Shown: in pieces, positions 25,792-45,325 of the stretch
Layout: every line of letters begins with the position of its first letter
Numbering within the stretch: the stretch's first letter is position 1
Source of the DNA: Felis catus
Lineage: Eukaryota
NCBI RefSeq assembly: GCF_018350175.1
Contig: NC_058375.1
Span: 24,366,001 to 24,430,000, forward strand
Length of the DNA stretch: 64,000 nt
Reading direction: 5' to 3'
The notes under the pieces: model-generated
Databases searched by the model: none
What the model saw: the letters and a program-made list of their open reading frames with translations, nothing else
What the model was told of the DNA's origin: nothing
Position numbers and translations under genes: made by a program

Positions 25792-26388
25792 AAGAGAGAA
25801 TCCCAAGCAGGCTCCACACTGATGGTGCAGATGTGGTACAGATGTAGGGCTGGAACTCACCAACTGCAAGATCATGACCTGAGCTGAAGATGGACGCCCA
25901 ATGGACTAAGCCACCCAGGTACCCCGAGAGAGAATTGTAAGCAGGTTCTACCCTGAGCAGGGCTTCTATCTCAAGGCTCAATGCTATGACCCTGGGATCA
26001 TAACCTGAGCTGAAATCAAGAGTTGGATGCTCAACCCAATGAGCCACCCAGAGGCTCCAGATTAACTTATATTTTGCATGTTATATGTTTTATACATTGT
26101 ATTGCTACAATAAAGGAAACTAGAGAAAAGAAAGTGTTATTAAGAAAATCATAAGGAAGACAGACCACCTGGCTGGCTCAGCCGGTAGAGCATGCGACTC
26201 TAGATCTTGGGGTTGTAGCTTCGAGCCCCACGTTGGGTGTAGAGGTTACTTAAAAATAAAATCTTTGGAAAAAGAATGAAAGACAAAATCATAAGAAGAG
26301 GAAATACACTTATAGTACTCTACTGTAAAATATCCACATATAAGTGGAGCCCCATGGTTCAAAGCCCTGTTATTCAAGGGTCAGGTGA
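25121..26388. mobile_element. Tigger2-family (TcMar) DNA transposon interrupted by several Can-SINEs
   Basis: Terminal inverted repeats GAGTTGACCTTTAAACAACAGGG (25121) and CCTGTTATTCAAGGGTCAGGTG (~26388); internal ACTAATAGCCTACTGTTGAC...TAAGAAAATCATAAGGAAGA typical of Tigger2a/MER28; SINEs inserted at ~25281-25475, ~25600-26050, ~26161-26260. Confidence 0.65.
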
Positions 26389-27238
26389 ACTCACATGTAC
26401 GTAGTTCTCCCTATGTGCCAAGCACATACTAAACGCTTTAATTATGGGATCATCTATATCTCACATATAATGCTTACAACAGCCCTCCGTGGAGATCCTG
26501 TTTTAGTTCCCATTTTGCAGATGAAGGAATGGAGAGAGGCTCAGAGAGGTTTACTAACCTGCCCAGAGGCCCTCTGCCATTACGGTCAAGCCACTCTCAG
26601 TTTCGTGAGAATAAATTCATCTTGTTTGCATTTAAGAGAAAGCTTATCTTTTTTGTTCTCTGTGGTTTAAAAAAAAAAAAACGGGGGGTGTTATATCACA
26701 AAGGAACTCAGGACACATCCCTGTTCTATCCGTTAGAAATTATTTACCATGCCTACCAACCCTGATTCCTAAGTACCATGATGAGGGTTCTGCGTAGGCC
26801 TCCATAGGCAAGGCTGTTCATTGAACATATACAACCGTGCTAACAACCAAATCTTGGTCAAAGGAAAAGGCCAAGAAAATGTTTTAAATGATTCCTGACA
26901 GATTTTGCCACAAGGTGGCCCAAAGTACCACAATGGTCTGCATTGGAATAGCCTGTCTGCTCTTGACCAAGAATTCCTGGCAAGAAGCTGGCACACATTT
27001 TGGACAGAATGTTCAATAAATGAATAGGTTTACAGTTTAGGGGAGAAAAAGTGTTGCCCTTTTTTTTTTTCTTCTTCAAGGGGACAAAACACATTCTAGG
27101 CAGCCAGGCGAGATAATGTCTATGGAGTTGATAAAGGTGAACAGGTTGGCAAAAATTAGAACTCACGGTGATATGAGCCCTAAACAGCCCTGGGTTTAGA
27201 CAATCCAGTCCAGGAGCTGCACAGAGCCTGGGATTTTT

Positions 27239-27459
27239 TTTTTTTAATTTTTTTTTTTCAACGTTTATTTATTTTTGGGACAGAGAGAGACAGAGCATGA
27301 ACGGGCGAGGGGCAGAGAGAGAGGGAGACACAGAATCGGAAACAGGCTCCAGGCTCTGAGCCATCAGCCCAGAGCCCGACGCGGGGCTCGAACTCACGGA
27401 CCGAGATCGTGACCTGGCTGAAGTCGGACGCTTAACCAACTGTGCCACCCAGGCGCCCC
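27239..27459 (-). mobile_element. Young SINEC_Fc with perfect TSD
   Basis: TSD GAGCCTGGGATTTTT at 27224-27238 and 27460-27474. Confidence 0.9.
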
Positions 27460-28501
27460 GAGCCTGGGATTTTTGATCAGTTCTACACAGTGTGAGCAGG
27501 GCCACTGCTGCATGTGTTGGGCACTATGCTGAGGGTCATGAAGGGGTGGGGACTGACATCTAGCCTTCGCTCTACTCTCCAAGTTTGAAACCCCAGGGAG
27601 GGGTGGCTCTTTATAATTGGCACAAAGTGCTCTGTGGACCATGGGCAGCTTTGAATTTGACCGAGAACATTACAGACCCTAGTCAGAGGAGGTCTAGATC
27701 TATAAAATTCCTGCTATTGACCTCGAATTCCGGAGTTGGGAGAAGAGAATGTCCTGTTTCACTCACCCCAGAATCTGCCCTCATTGCTGGTGCTGAGAGC
27801 CCTGGGGATTCTCTGGATCTGTTTTGTCTTCATCTTCTTTTCCTTTCTTTCAGACAATGAGACATTTATATTAAGATTTAATTTTGATTTTCTTTTTACT
27901 GGCCTCGTTTCTTAACCTGATTAGATTATTTTGGCTACCCAGCAATCTTTGTCAAACTAAGACCAGAAGGATGGGACCCACATTGTGTATAAATAGATGT
28001 ATGCATATATGATCTCACAACTACACAGGGACAGGCACAAACTATACATACCCCCATTCTGTGATACACCCGTCTGCACAAACAGCCTTGGACAAGCCCA
28101 TGGGTATGCACACATAAGCACGATGTTCACAGAATCATCCGCCTTCATATACGCAGACTTGCATTCACCAATTGGCTAAATGTACACTCAGAAACATGCA
28201 TTCTAGGTGGAAGGAGAATCGTCTTGCAGAAAAAGGCCTTTGTTAACAGCACAATGATCAAAGTTTTGATGAAGAGCGGTTCCCACCCTGTCAGACCTCC
28301 TCCCCTGCCCTGTTTCCTCCATGGCCCCTCAGGATCCTCCACCCTCTTTAGAGGACTTCCTAAGGAGTAAAGAGTAGAGGAGAAAGCTTGGTAGGTAGCC
28401 TTATCTGAGTTTCACCTCTGCCTAGAGTCCTCATGTGCTATTGGGAAAATCACTCAACCTCTCTGATCCCCCAGAGTCTCCACCTTTAAAACAAGGCTGG
28501 T

Positions 28502-28714
28502 GGGGCGCCTGGGTGGCTCAGTTGGTTGAGCGGCCGACTTCGGCTCAGGTCATGATCTCGCGGTCCGTGAGTTCGAGCCCCGCGTCGGGCTCTGTGCTGA
28601 CAGCTAAGAGCCTGGAGCCTGCTTCAGATTCTGTGTCTCCCTCTCTCTGACCCTCCCCTGTTCATGCTCTGTCTCAAAAATAAATAAACGTTAAAAAAAG
28701 TAAAAAATAAAAAT
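28502..28714 (+). mobile_element. SINEC_Fc with TSD
   Basis: TSD TAAAACAAGGCTGGT on both sides. Confidence 0.9.
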
Positions 28715-29299
28715 AAAACAAGGCTGGTAAATTACACCAGTGCTTCTAAGCTCTTCCCTCCCAGGCTACTTTGCCCTTTTTCCTTGTTGTAGTCCCCCCC
28801 ACCCCCACCCCCCAGGTCTCATGGTTTTGAAGTTACTTTGTTTAGGTGCTCATTTTCTTGTTTTCTAATTTAAATTTTAATCAGAGACTTAATCAAGTAT
28901 GCATTGAAGAAACCATCATATAATTTGTCAAGCTAAGAAACAAATTATAGTGCAATTTCCCTTCAGGCTTTTTGAAATACTGAAATAATCTGCAGGCCTC
29001 CAGCATCATCCTGGGGCCTCCCAGAAACATGGAGCTCCCAGTAGCTGGGAGCCACTCACCAAAATCCTCTCTGGCATTGTCGGACCCCAAGGTCTCATGA
29101 TGGCTGCCTGGCCCTACACTCCACAGCTTAGACTTTTGTAGAGGGCTGGATGTGCTACCTGCTGCTGGAGGCCTCCAGGAGCACAGGACAAGCCACAGAG
29201 GAAATTCTGGGGTCAGATTCCCCAGAAGAGTTAGAGTTCCTTTGGGCGTAATCAGGACAGGTTTGACTTCTTCCCCATTCCTGACTCCAGTATATATTT

Positions 29300-30160
29300 T
29301 TAAATGTTGATTAATTTTTATTTTTTAATGCTTATTTATTTATTCTGAGAGAGAGAGAGAGAGAGAGGATGAATAGGGGAGGGACAGAGAGAGAGAGGGA
29401 CAGAGAATCTGACCGAAGTGGGCTCTGTGCTGACAGCAGAGAGCCTGAAGTGGGGCTTGAACCAAGAACTGTGAGATCGTGACCCGAGCTGAAGTCAGAC
29501 GCTCAACCGACTGAGCCACCCAGGTGCCTCAATTTTTTTTTAAGTAGGCTCCATGCCTAATGAGGGCCGGACACGGGCCAAACTCACAACCCTGAGGTCA
29601 AGACCCAAGCTGAAAGCAAGAGTCTGATGCTTGAAGCACCTGGGTAACTCAGTGGGTTAAGCATCTGACTCTTGATTTCAGCTCAGGTCAGGATTTCATG
29701 GATTCGTGGGTTTAAGCCCCGCATCTGGCTGACAGCACAGAGCCTGCTTGGGTCTCTCTCTCTCCCTCTCTCTCTGCTCCTCCCCCTACTTCAAAATAAA
29801 TATACTTGAAAAAAACAACAACTTTTTTTGAGAAAAAAAGTCTGGGGCATCTGAGTGGCTTAGTCGGTTGAAAGTCCAACTTTGGCTCAGGTCATGATCT
29901 CACAGCTCGTGAGTTCGAGCCCCGCCGTCGGGCTCTGTTCTGACAGCTCAGAGCCTGGAGCCTACTTCAGATTCTGTCTCCCTCTCTCGCTNNNNNNNNN
30001 NNNNNNNNNNNNNNNNNNNNNNNNNNNNNNNNNNNNNNNNNNNNNNNNNNNNNNNNNNNNNNNNNNNNNNNNNNNNNNNNNNNNNNNNNNNNNNNNNNNN
30101 NNNNNNNNNNNNNNNNNNNNNNNNNNNNNNNTTAACTGACTGAGCCACCTAGGCACCCCT
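29300..30160. mobile_element. Cluster of Can-SINEs in mixed orientation surrounding an assembly gap
   Basis: Minus copy ~29310-29530, plus copies ~29630-29810 and 29843-29991, minus-copy end 30132-30159. Confidence 0.75.
29992..30131. other. Assembly gap (140 N)
   Basis: Run of N. Confidence 1.
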
Positions 30161-30999
30161 GGCCCTAGTAACTAGGGATGTCAGGTCCTCTCTGGTAGGC
30201 CCAGATTTAGTCCATGATATAGATCCTGTCTGCATGCTGTCCTGGACTGTGGCCCAAGGCCCTGTGGCTCTTTTTCCCTTCCCCGCGTGACTCCAGCCTG
30301 GACCAGGCACCAGCTTCCAGCCCTGTGATCTCCAGCCTGGATTCCTTCTGGCCCCTCCACTGGCTTCTCCTCGCTATCGCATCCAAATTCATCCCCTTAC
30401 CTCAACCCCAAACTTTTCTCATCTGTCTCTTACCCTTTTCCGAAGCCTCTGAGAATGTCAGCCTAGGTGGGCCCTACGATCTCAGTCCAACTCCATCTGA
30501 TGTTGGCGTTCTCTTTACAGTACAATCAACCTGTGATCTTCCAAGGCCTGTTTGAATATCGCAAACAACGCGATGATGCTCACGGCCTCACCCATAGCTC
30601 AGCTCGCCTTTGGCTGCTTCCAGATTGATATCAGGGCTTCTCTGGAGGCGTTTGCTGCTCATTAGTTTCTAGCCATAATAAAATTAGCTGTCAAAAAGCC
30701 ATTTACAGCCACAGAGGGGTAGACTCTGGTTGAGCAGGATTTCTCGAATGTCTCTCCCCCACACTCCAGGACTCCTCACAGGAGCAGGGAGAGTGAATGT
30801 GTATCCTTTTCCTTGAAAGTCTCTTGATTTGGCTTAAAGTTCCACATACATTTTACATTTTCCTCCACAACAGGTCTATGTTTGCTTAACTCTATGAATA
30901 AGGTCAAGTAACACTCATGTTCTGAGAAGACACACGCCCATGACTTCTGGTATCCATGAAGGGTCCTGAGTATCTCAGTTTGACAAACATGACTTTCAA

Positions 31000-31844
31000 G
31001 GGAGGCCTGGGTGGCTGAATTGTTTAAGCGTCCAACTATTGATTTTGGCTCAGGTCATGAGCTCATGGTTTCTGAGATTGAGCCCTGCGTCAGGCCCTAC
31101 GCTGACGGTGTGGAGCCTGCTTGGGATATTCTCTCACCCCCTCTCTCTGCCCCTCCCCCAACCCCCCCCCCTCAAAATAAACTTAAAAAAAAAAAAAGAA
31201 AGAAAGAAAAGAAACATTGGATTATCTACCAATTCCATTCTCCCATCCTCCAAAGTAGGGCCTGGGAGGGCAAAATGAGCAGTGGTGGAAGTCTTTCTAA
31301 GCTCTCAACTAAGCTAACATTTGTGCAAGCTTATGAGAAAGGGATACTAAGACCCCTCTGACAGAAAAGGGAAAGCGAAGCTTAGGAAGAATGATTTCAG
31401 CAGTCATACAGTAAGCGTCAGAACTGGGGTTTGAACTTAGGTCTCTCTGATTCTGAGGCCCGTCTTCGAGTTTTTTTTGTTTTGTTTGCTTGTTTATTTT
31501 TTAAGGTTTTATTTTCAAGTAATCTCTACACCCAGCGTGGGGCTTGAACCCACAACCCTGAGATCAAGAGTCACATGCTCCACCAACGGAGCCAGCCAGG
31601 CATCCTGAGTCTTTTTTTTTTTTTTTTTGAATTGAGATATAATTGACATGCAAACCAAAAAAATCTCCACTACCCTCCCTCCACTTCTACTTGCAAACCA
31701 AAAAAGTCTTAAGTCTTGCAAACCAAAAAAATCTCCACTACCCTCCCTCCACTTCTACTTGGTCCCAGCATGGATTAGCATCTCCAGCTTTGTTCTGTCC
31801 CAAATAGGTTGTGTGACGTTTTTTTTTTTTTAAGTTTATTTATT

Positions 31845-31887
<43 letters not shown>

Positions 31888-32012
31888 CTTAAACAGGCTC
31901 CACTCTCTGTGCAAAGCCCAACGTAGGGCTCAAACTTCATGAACAGTGAGATCTTGACCCGAGCTGAAATCAAGAGTCGGCTGCTTAACTGACTGAGCCA
32001 CCCAGGCGCCCC
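31000..32012. mobile_element. Three Can-SINEs (plus ~31000-31215; minus ~31490-31607 and ~31820-32011)
   Basis: Typical heads and tails. Confidence 0.75.
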
Positions 32013-32597
32013 TAGATGGGGTGAGTTTAAGCAGGCCTCTCCGGGCCTGCTTATCTAAGGTTCAGTTTGCTCATCTAAAATCAGAAGTTAGACTTGGTGG
32101 CTTCTAAGATCCTGGGAGATGGGATGCATGAATCCTCTGCGTACTAGTCAACATTTATTAATGACAACTAGTTCTGGGTGCTGGAGCATTTAGGCAAATA
32201 AAGCACAGCTTCTGTTCTGGATGAATCCACTGTCTCATCAAGGGAGTGGGAAATGCAGTGCGACTGACACATAAAATCAGTCCAGTCATGATACTCAGTG
32301 CTAAGTTGACAACTCTGTTTGAGTGGAGTGTTGTAGGAGGGCTTCACAGAGTAGGTGATATTTGAGCTGAGCCTGGAAGGTTGAGTTAGTTCAGTAGGTA
32401 GACAAGAGAGCATTCAAGGTAGGGGAGCCACACGTGCAAAGGTATGGAGTAAGAAAATAGCATGGGGTGTTTGGAAAAGGCAAGAGTAGATAAAAATGAA
32501 GGCTGTGTGAGTGTGAGTGTGAGTGTGAGTGTGTGTGTGTGTGTGTGTAGCAGAATAGACCATGGAGGTGGATTTGATCTTGATATTAAAGGGTCTT

Positions 32598-32818
32598 GGG
32601 GCGCCTGGGTGGCTCAGTTAAGCGTCTGCCTTCAGCTCAGGTCATGGTCTCACGGTCTGTGGGTTCGAGCCCCGCGTCGGGCTCTGTGCTGACAGCTCGG
32701 AGCCTGGAGCCTGTTTCAGATTCTATGTCTCCCTCTCTCTCTGACCCTCCCCTGTTCATGCTCTGTCTCTCTCTGTCTCAAAAATAAATAAAGGTTAAAA
32801 AAAAGATAAAAAAAAAAA
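32598..32818 (+). mobile_element. SINEC_Fc with TSD
   Basis: TSD TAAAGGGTCTT on both sides. Confidence 0.88.
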
Positions 32819-33379
32819 TAAAGGGTCTTGAGTGGTTAGTTTTATCTGAGGACTAGTGATTTCTAAGCAGTTCGGAGAAGCAGCCCCAGGAAGGAGATGC
32901 TCTCAGGACTCCTGGGGGCTTCACAATGAGGCATCCAGTCTACTCTGTTTCAGGCAGAACAGCCCCACTTGTACCTGTTTTCTCTATGAGGTTCTGCGTT
33001 CTGCTTGATTTCCATCTGACAAAAAGTTTCCACTGCTTAAGCAAGCAAACAAATAGAAAAGTTATGGTCAATAGTGTCGCTGAAGGTTTTTCTGCTGGTG
33101 AGAATCAGAAAGAACCCTCTGAAGGAGACTTGTTGCGGGGGGGTTGGGGGGGCTGGGGCCTGACCGCTGACATTAGGGAGCAGGAGTCTGCCGTTTGGCT
33201 GGCTTCCTTGGCTAGAAAGGGGAATTGTAAATAGGAGGTGGGGTGCACACACCTCTCTGGTAGGGGAAGATGAAAATTCAGGTCTCCTCCACGGCCTGGG
33301 GAAGTGTGTGTGAACTTTAGTAGGTATTCCTCCAACGTGGGGGATGGGCAGAGAGAGAGAGAGAGAGAGAGAGGGTTGG

Positions 33380-33592
33380 GGGAGAGGCAGGAAGTGGGCA
33401 AGTAGGCTAACAAAGGTAGCTGTGGCGGTTTGCCCACCCCAGGTGGGAGGGCGGGGCCTAGGGCTCAGTGGGGGCCCATGTGTGACTTTACTTGTGGCCT
33501 GGGGGCTCAGAGGGAGCACCATTCTGGAGCTAGGACCTCATTTCAGCCTTTCTGTGACTGGTGAATGGGGGATGGGGGCCTGACAATCTCAG
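33380..33592 (+). promoter_or_regulatory. LCK: LCK proximal (type I) promoter and probable short non-coding exon
   Basis: ETS site CAGGAAGT (33388-33395), SOX/TCF site AACAAAG (33409-33415), GC box; donor CAATCTCAG|GTACTT at 33592/33593 and acceptor CCCCCAG|GGACCATG at 33689/33690. Confidence 0.65.
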
Positions 33593-33694
33593 GTACTTGT
33601 GGAAATTCCCAGGGCAAGGCCCTAGGATGTCTGATGTCCGGGAAGTAGATCTTGGGGGAGCCCCTTCAGCCCCCTCTCCATTCCCCCAGGGACC

Positions 33695-41087
<7,393 letters not shown>

Positions 41088-41516
41088 GAGGCCTAGCTGG
41101 CCGGGGCCTGGAGCCCTACCTCCATCTAGTCAACCTGGCTGGGGGAGATGCAGTTCTTGTGTCTTACCCATGTGGCCTATGCACATATGGACTCTGCATG
41201 TGAATCCCATCCCCCGTGTGGCACATATACTTCTTGTGTCTTATACACGGGTTCTGTAGTTGTGTGGGCTCTGCACGTGTGTCTTGTACATGTGTGGCAG
41301 GTGCATATATGACTTGGACACCCATTCAAGTTGTCCCTTTGTGGGTCCTTCTACCTCCCAAGACCACCGGAGAGAAGGGAGACGCCTGTGATTGATACCA
41401 GCTTCTGCCCACCCCCTTTTCCTTTCCCCTAGCCATCAAGAAACTCCTTGAAGGCTGGGACCTTATCTAATACCTCTGTGTGCTCCTCCTTGGTGCCTGG
41501 CACACATCAGGAGCTC

Positions 41517-41522
41517 AATAAA
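41517..41522 (+). terminator. LCK: LCK polyadenylation signal
   Basis: AATAAA about 430 nt after the stop codon. Confidence 0.75.
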
Positions 41523-42551
41523 TGACTCTCTGTTGACGAAGACTGTACATCTCTCAGCTCCCTACTCCCATCTCCTCTTCCTTGGGAGGGAGGAGTGGGG
41601 GTTCAAAAGATGGAAAGTAAGTCACCCTGAATTGGGGTGAAAGATGGGATGAGGGGATGTCTGATCTTTTTTCAGCCCTGCTGATTTGGGGGGGCCAAGA
41701 GGAAGTTCTTACACTTTGCTGTATGGGCTTTGTGAACTCCTTCAACCCCACCCCTACCCCAAAGGATTAAGTGTGAACCCCTGCGCAGAACCTCCTAGGG
41801 AGTGGGTGTGTCCCAGGACCCTCCCCTTCCATTATGTAAGGGCAATAGCTTTTTTTACAATTACTGATTCTGGGGCTAGATTTGTACTCAAATATGTTTT
41901 GGTTCACGTTCAAGATGTTTTTGAACACTGAATTAATTTACTCATTTGGCAAATATTTATTGGACGTCTACTGTGTACCAGGCATGGTTCTGGGTCCATA
42001 GAATATACAATAGATTAAACAAACAAAATCTCTGTCCTTATGGAGCTTACATTCTAGTAAGGGAAGACAGACAATAAACATCGCCAAGAGTAAATGATAC
42101 GGTATGGTGCTGAGTGCTAAGGGGAAAATAAAACAGGGTAAGGGAAATTAGGAATGTCATCGCTGGGGGAGGTTTTCAATTTTAAACAGGGTGGCCTGGG
42201 AAGGCCTCATTGAGAAGGTGACTTTTGAGCAAATATTTGAAGGAAATGAGGGAGCAAGCCACAAGGTATGGGGCAGGAGCAGAGGGGGATGAGCAGCCTG
42301 AAGGAGAAGCTTCTTAGGCAAGCTCAGAGACCAAGGTCCTGAATGGGGGAGGGGGGGGCTGAGGGGCAGAGATCCTGTGTGGCCTGGGGCCTTGGGATCT
42401 TTGCAGGAACCTTTTCAAGGAGACTTTTTGGGGATTTTTGCAGAGCCACGACATGATCTGACTTACATTTTAAAAGAATGGCTGCTACTAATGTCTTGAG
42501 TTAGTCAATTTATAAAACTGGGAAGATTTTGCATAAATCTCCAGATTTCTA

Positions 42552-42770
42552 GGGGCGCCTGGGTAGCTCAGTCGGTTAAGTGTCCAATTCTTGATTCATG
42601 ATCTTGTGGTTTGTGAGGTTGGGCCCCAGAGTCGGGCTCTGCCTGGGTAGTGTGGAGGCTGCTTGGGATTCTCTCTCTCTCTTCTCTCTGTCCTGCCTCT
42701 GCTTGTGGGCATGCTCTCTCTCTCTCTCTCTCTCTCTCTCAAAATAAATAAATAAACATAAAAAAACACT
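42552..42770 (+). mobile_element. Can-SINE
   Basis: Typical head, (CT)n, tail; AGATTTCTA flanks both sides. Confidence 0.85.
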
Positions 42771-43469
42771 ATAGATTTCTACCTTCTCTTGAAAAAAAAA
42801 AAAAAAAAAGGACGATTTGGCTTTATTGGATTTACCTGTCATGGAGCTGAGTAGTGGCCACCCTCTTCGGGTGGGATTTGAGCTCTTTCTTTGCCAAAGT
42901 CCCTTCTACTCCCAGACAGTGACACTGAGTGTTAGTGGTTATTTATCATCATGCTTGCACTGTTGTTCTTATAATGAAGAGGAAAATGAAATGTTTTTTT
43001 CACCTATATTTCCATTAAAAAGTGACAAAATAAAAGATACCTGCAGATGGCACTGTGTTTGAAGAAAGATAGGGGAAAGAAAGGCATATTGCTTTAAAAA
43101 AGTGAAAAAGGATCCAATTTTAGAAATATGCAAAGCACCTGAATCAAACTAATATAAATTAATATAAATCCGCTTATTTTACACCACCTGCCTCACCTCC
43201 GTAAGGATCTGAGTGTCTGATTCCTGTTCTGCATTTTATAAAATGTTGCCACACCCATGACCGCATCTGATCCCCACCCTCCTCTTCGTTCCTGCAGCCA
43301 TAGAATTGGTGAACTTTGCATTGTTATCCTCTCCAATTTACAAAGAGGGAAGTGGGGCCAGAAAGGTTCCTAGCTGGGAAGCAGCAACACAGAACTGGAA
43401 ATAGGGCTTATTCCCTGGCCCTTTAGCTGTTTTATAATAGAACTGCCAGTCTTAGAGCTGTTACTTTTA

Positions 43470-43691
43470 ACATTTTATTTTTTTATTTTTTTTTTCAACG
43501 TTTATTTATTTTTGGGACAGAGAGAGACACAGCATGAACGGGGGAGGGGCAGAGAGAGAGGGAGACACAGAATCGGAAACAGGCTCCGAGCCATCAGCCC
43601 AGAGCCTGACGCGGGGCTCGAACTCATGGACCGCGAGATCGTGACCTGGCTGAACTCGGACGCTTAACCGACTGCGCCACCCAGGCGCCCC
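43470..43691 (-). mobile_element. Young SINEC_Fc
   Basis: Near-consensus sequence; CTGTTACTTTTA flanks both sides. Confidence 0.9.
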
Positions 43692-43954
43692 GATCTGTTA
43701 CTTTTATAATTAGTGCCCCAAATGCTGTTCTCAAATGAGAAACACAAGTGCCCAAGCCCTCTTCAAAGGCTAGGGGCATAAAAACCTATCTTATGGACTA
43801 CAGGACCATGAGTTTGTAACTTAGTTGGCACACAGATGGTAAGCATTTACTAATATTAATTTTGTGTTGTATTTGTTATTTTAATAGCTCATCACTGTGC
43901 TTTTCAGTCTTTCAGCTTTCAGTAATGAACAGTTGATGACTGATCGGTTTAGTG

Positions 43955-44187
43955 CAGTGTTTCTCAAGGGTAGGGTGAGAGCAATTTTTGCCCTGGAGAC
44001 ATTTTTGCAATGTCTGGAGACAATTTTGGTCATCGGTACTGGGGGTGAGAGTGTAGGTTGCTATTCACATCTAATGAGTAAGGGCCAAGGATGCTGCTAA
44101 ACATCCTACAGGGCAGGGGACAGCCCCCTGCAACGAGGAATTATCCAGCTCCAAATGTCAGTAGCTTCAATAGCTTGAGAAATCCTG
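43955..44187. mobile_element. MER20 hAT-Charlie DNA transposon
   Basis: CAGTGTTTCTCAA...GCAATGTCTGGAGACAATTTTGG...TGCTAAACATCCTACA...AATTATCCAGCTCCAAATGTCAGTAG...TTGAGAAATCCTG with inverted termini. Confidence 0.7.
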
Positions 44188-44192
44188 CTTTA

Positions 44193-44405
44193 AATTTTTT
44201 TTTCTTTTCTTTTCAACGTTTTTATTTATTTTTGGGACAGAGAGAGACAGAGCATGAACGGGGGAGGGGCAGAGAGAGAGGGAGACACAGAATCGGAAAC
44301 AGGCTCCAGGCTCTGAGCCATCAGCCCAGAGCCTGATGCGGGGCTCGAACTCTCGTGACCTGGCTGAAGTCGGACGCTTAACCGACTGCGCCACCCAGGC
44401 GCCCC
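44193..44405 (-). mobile_element. Young SINEC_Fc inserted at the end of MER20
   Basis: TSD GAGAAATCCTGCTTTA duplicates the MER20 terminus. Confidence 0.9.
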
Positions 44406-44474
44406 GAGAAATCCTGCTTTAGTATAAGGGGGCAATCAGTTCCCTCCTGTGTAAAGGCACTCTTCAGTCCTCCT

Positions 44475-44476
<2 letters not shown>

Positions 44477-44532
<56 letters not shown>
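44477..44532. repeat. (GT)n microsatellite ~0.8 kb upstream of HDAC1
   Basis: Directly visible perfect GT run. Confidence 0.95.
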
Positions 44533-44533
<1 letters not shown>

Positions 44534-44999
44534 TGCACCAGGGAGGTAGGCTTTGGAGTAAGAAAGGCTGGGTTCTACCCCTTTGTTAACAGTGTCTCTG
44601 GTGCACAGTAGGCATTCAAAAAATCTGTACTACTGAAAGCTGAATTTAATTACTAATTGTGTGACTCTGAGCAGGTCTCAAAGGTCTGAAGTTCATTATT
44701 CTTACCCGTAAAACGGGGATAAAAAGTCCTCTTCCAAAGCCGCTGTGAGCAATCATTGAGATAAACGTTGGTAACTCTATTCCACAGTACTCGGCCTAGA
44801 GCGGTTTTCTTTCCTTTGTCAGTTTACTTCTCCCTCTTCCAAACCTGTGTTCTAATCGACGTTCAGCCCTGTCATTAGTTGAGTGACCTTGTGCAAGTCA
44901 CTTTCCCCCCCACAGGCCTCGGGTGATTCTCTATAAAATTACAAAGTTGGCTTCTGACCTCCAGGCACGCTTCCAACACCGAAATGGGACCGTGGAGTG

Positions 45000-45325
45000 T
45001 ACGGATCTGCTTTCCTCCCCCGGGACTAATGGTACGGTCCCCGGGCAGTTTCCCCCACCCCCCTGTCGCAGACCTTGGTACAGGCCCAGGGGGCCCTCGG
45101 CTGCCTCTCAGGGCTGCCCTTGCCCCCAGCCGAGTTCCGGGCCGTCCTTGCGCACGCTGATTGGCTGGAGCCGTGCCCGGGCTGCGCGGCTATAGGTGAG
45201 CCCGGGAGGGGACGGGCGGAGCGGGTTGGAGGCCCGCCCCCTCCTCCCCTGGGTCGGACGCTGAGCCGAGCCGCGGGCGGGAGGCCGGACGGACCGACTG
45301 ACGGGAGGGACGGGAGCCGAGCAAA
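45000..45325 (+). promoter_or_regulatory. HDAC1: HDAC1 CpG-island promoter and 5'UTR
   Basis: Inverted CCAAT box (ATTGG 45160-45164), GC boxes (GGGCGG, CCCGCCCC), high CpG density directly upstream of ATG 45326. Confidence 0.75.
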
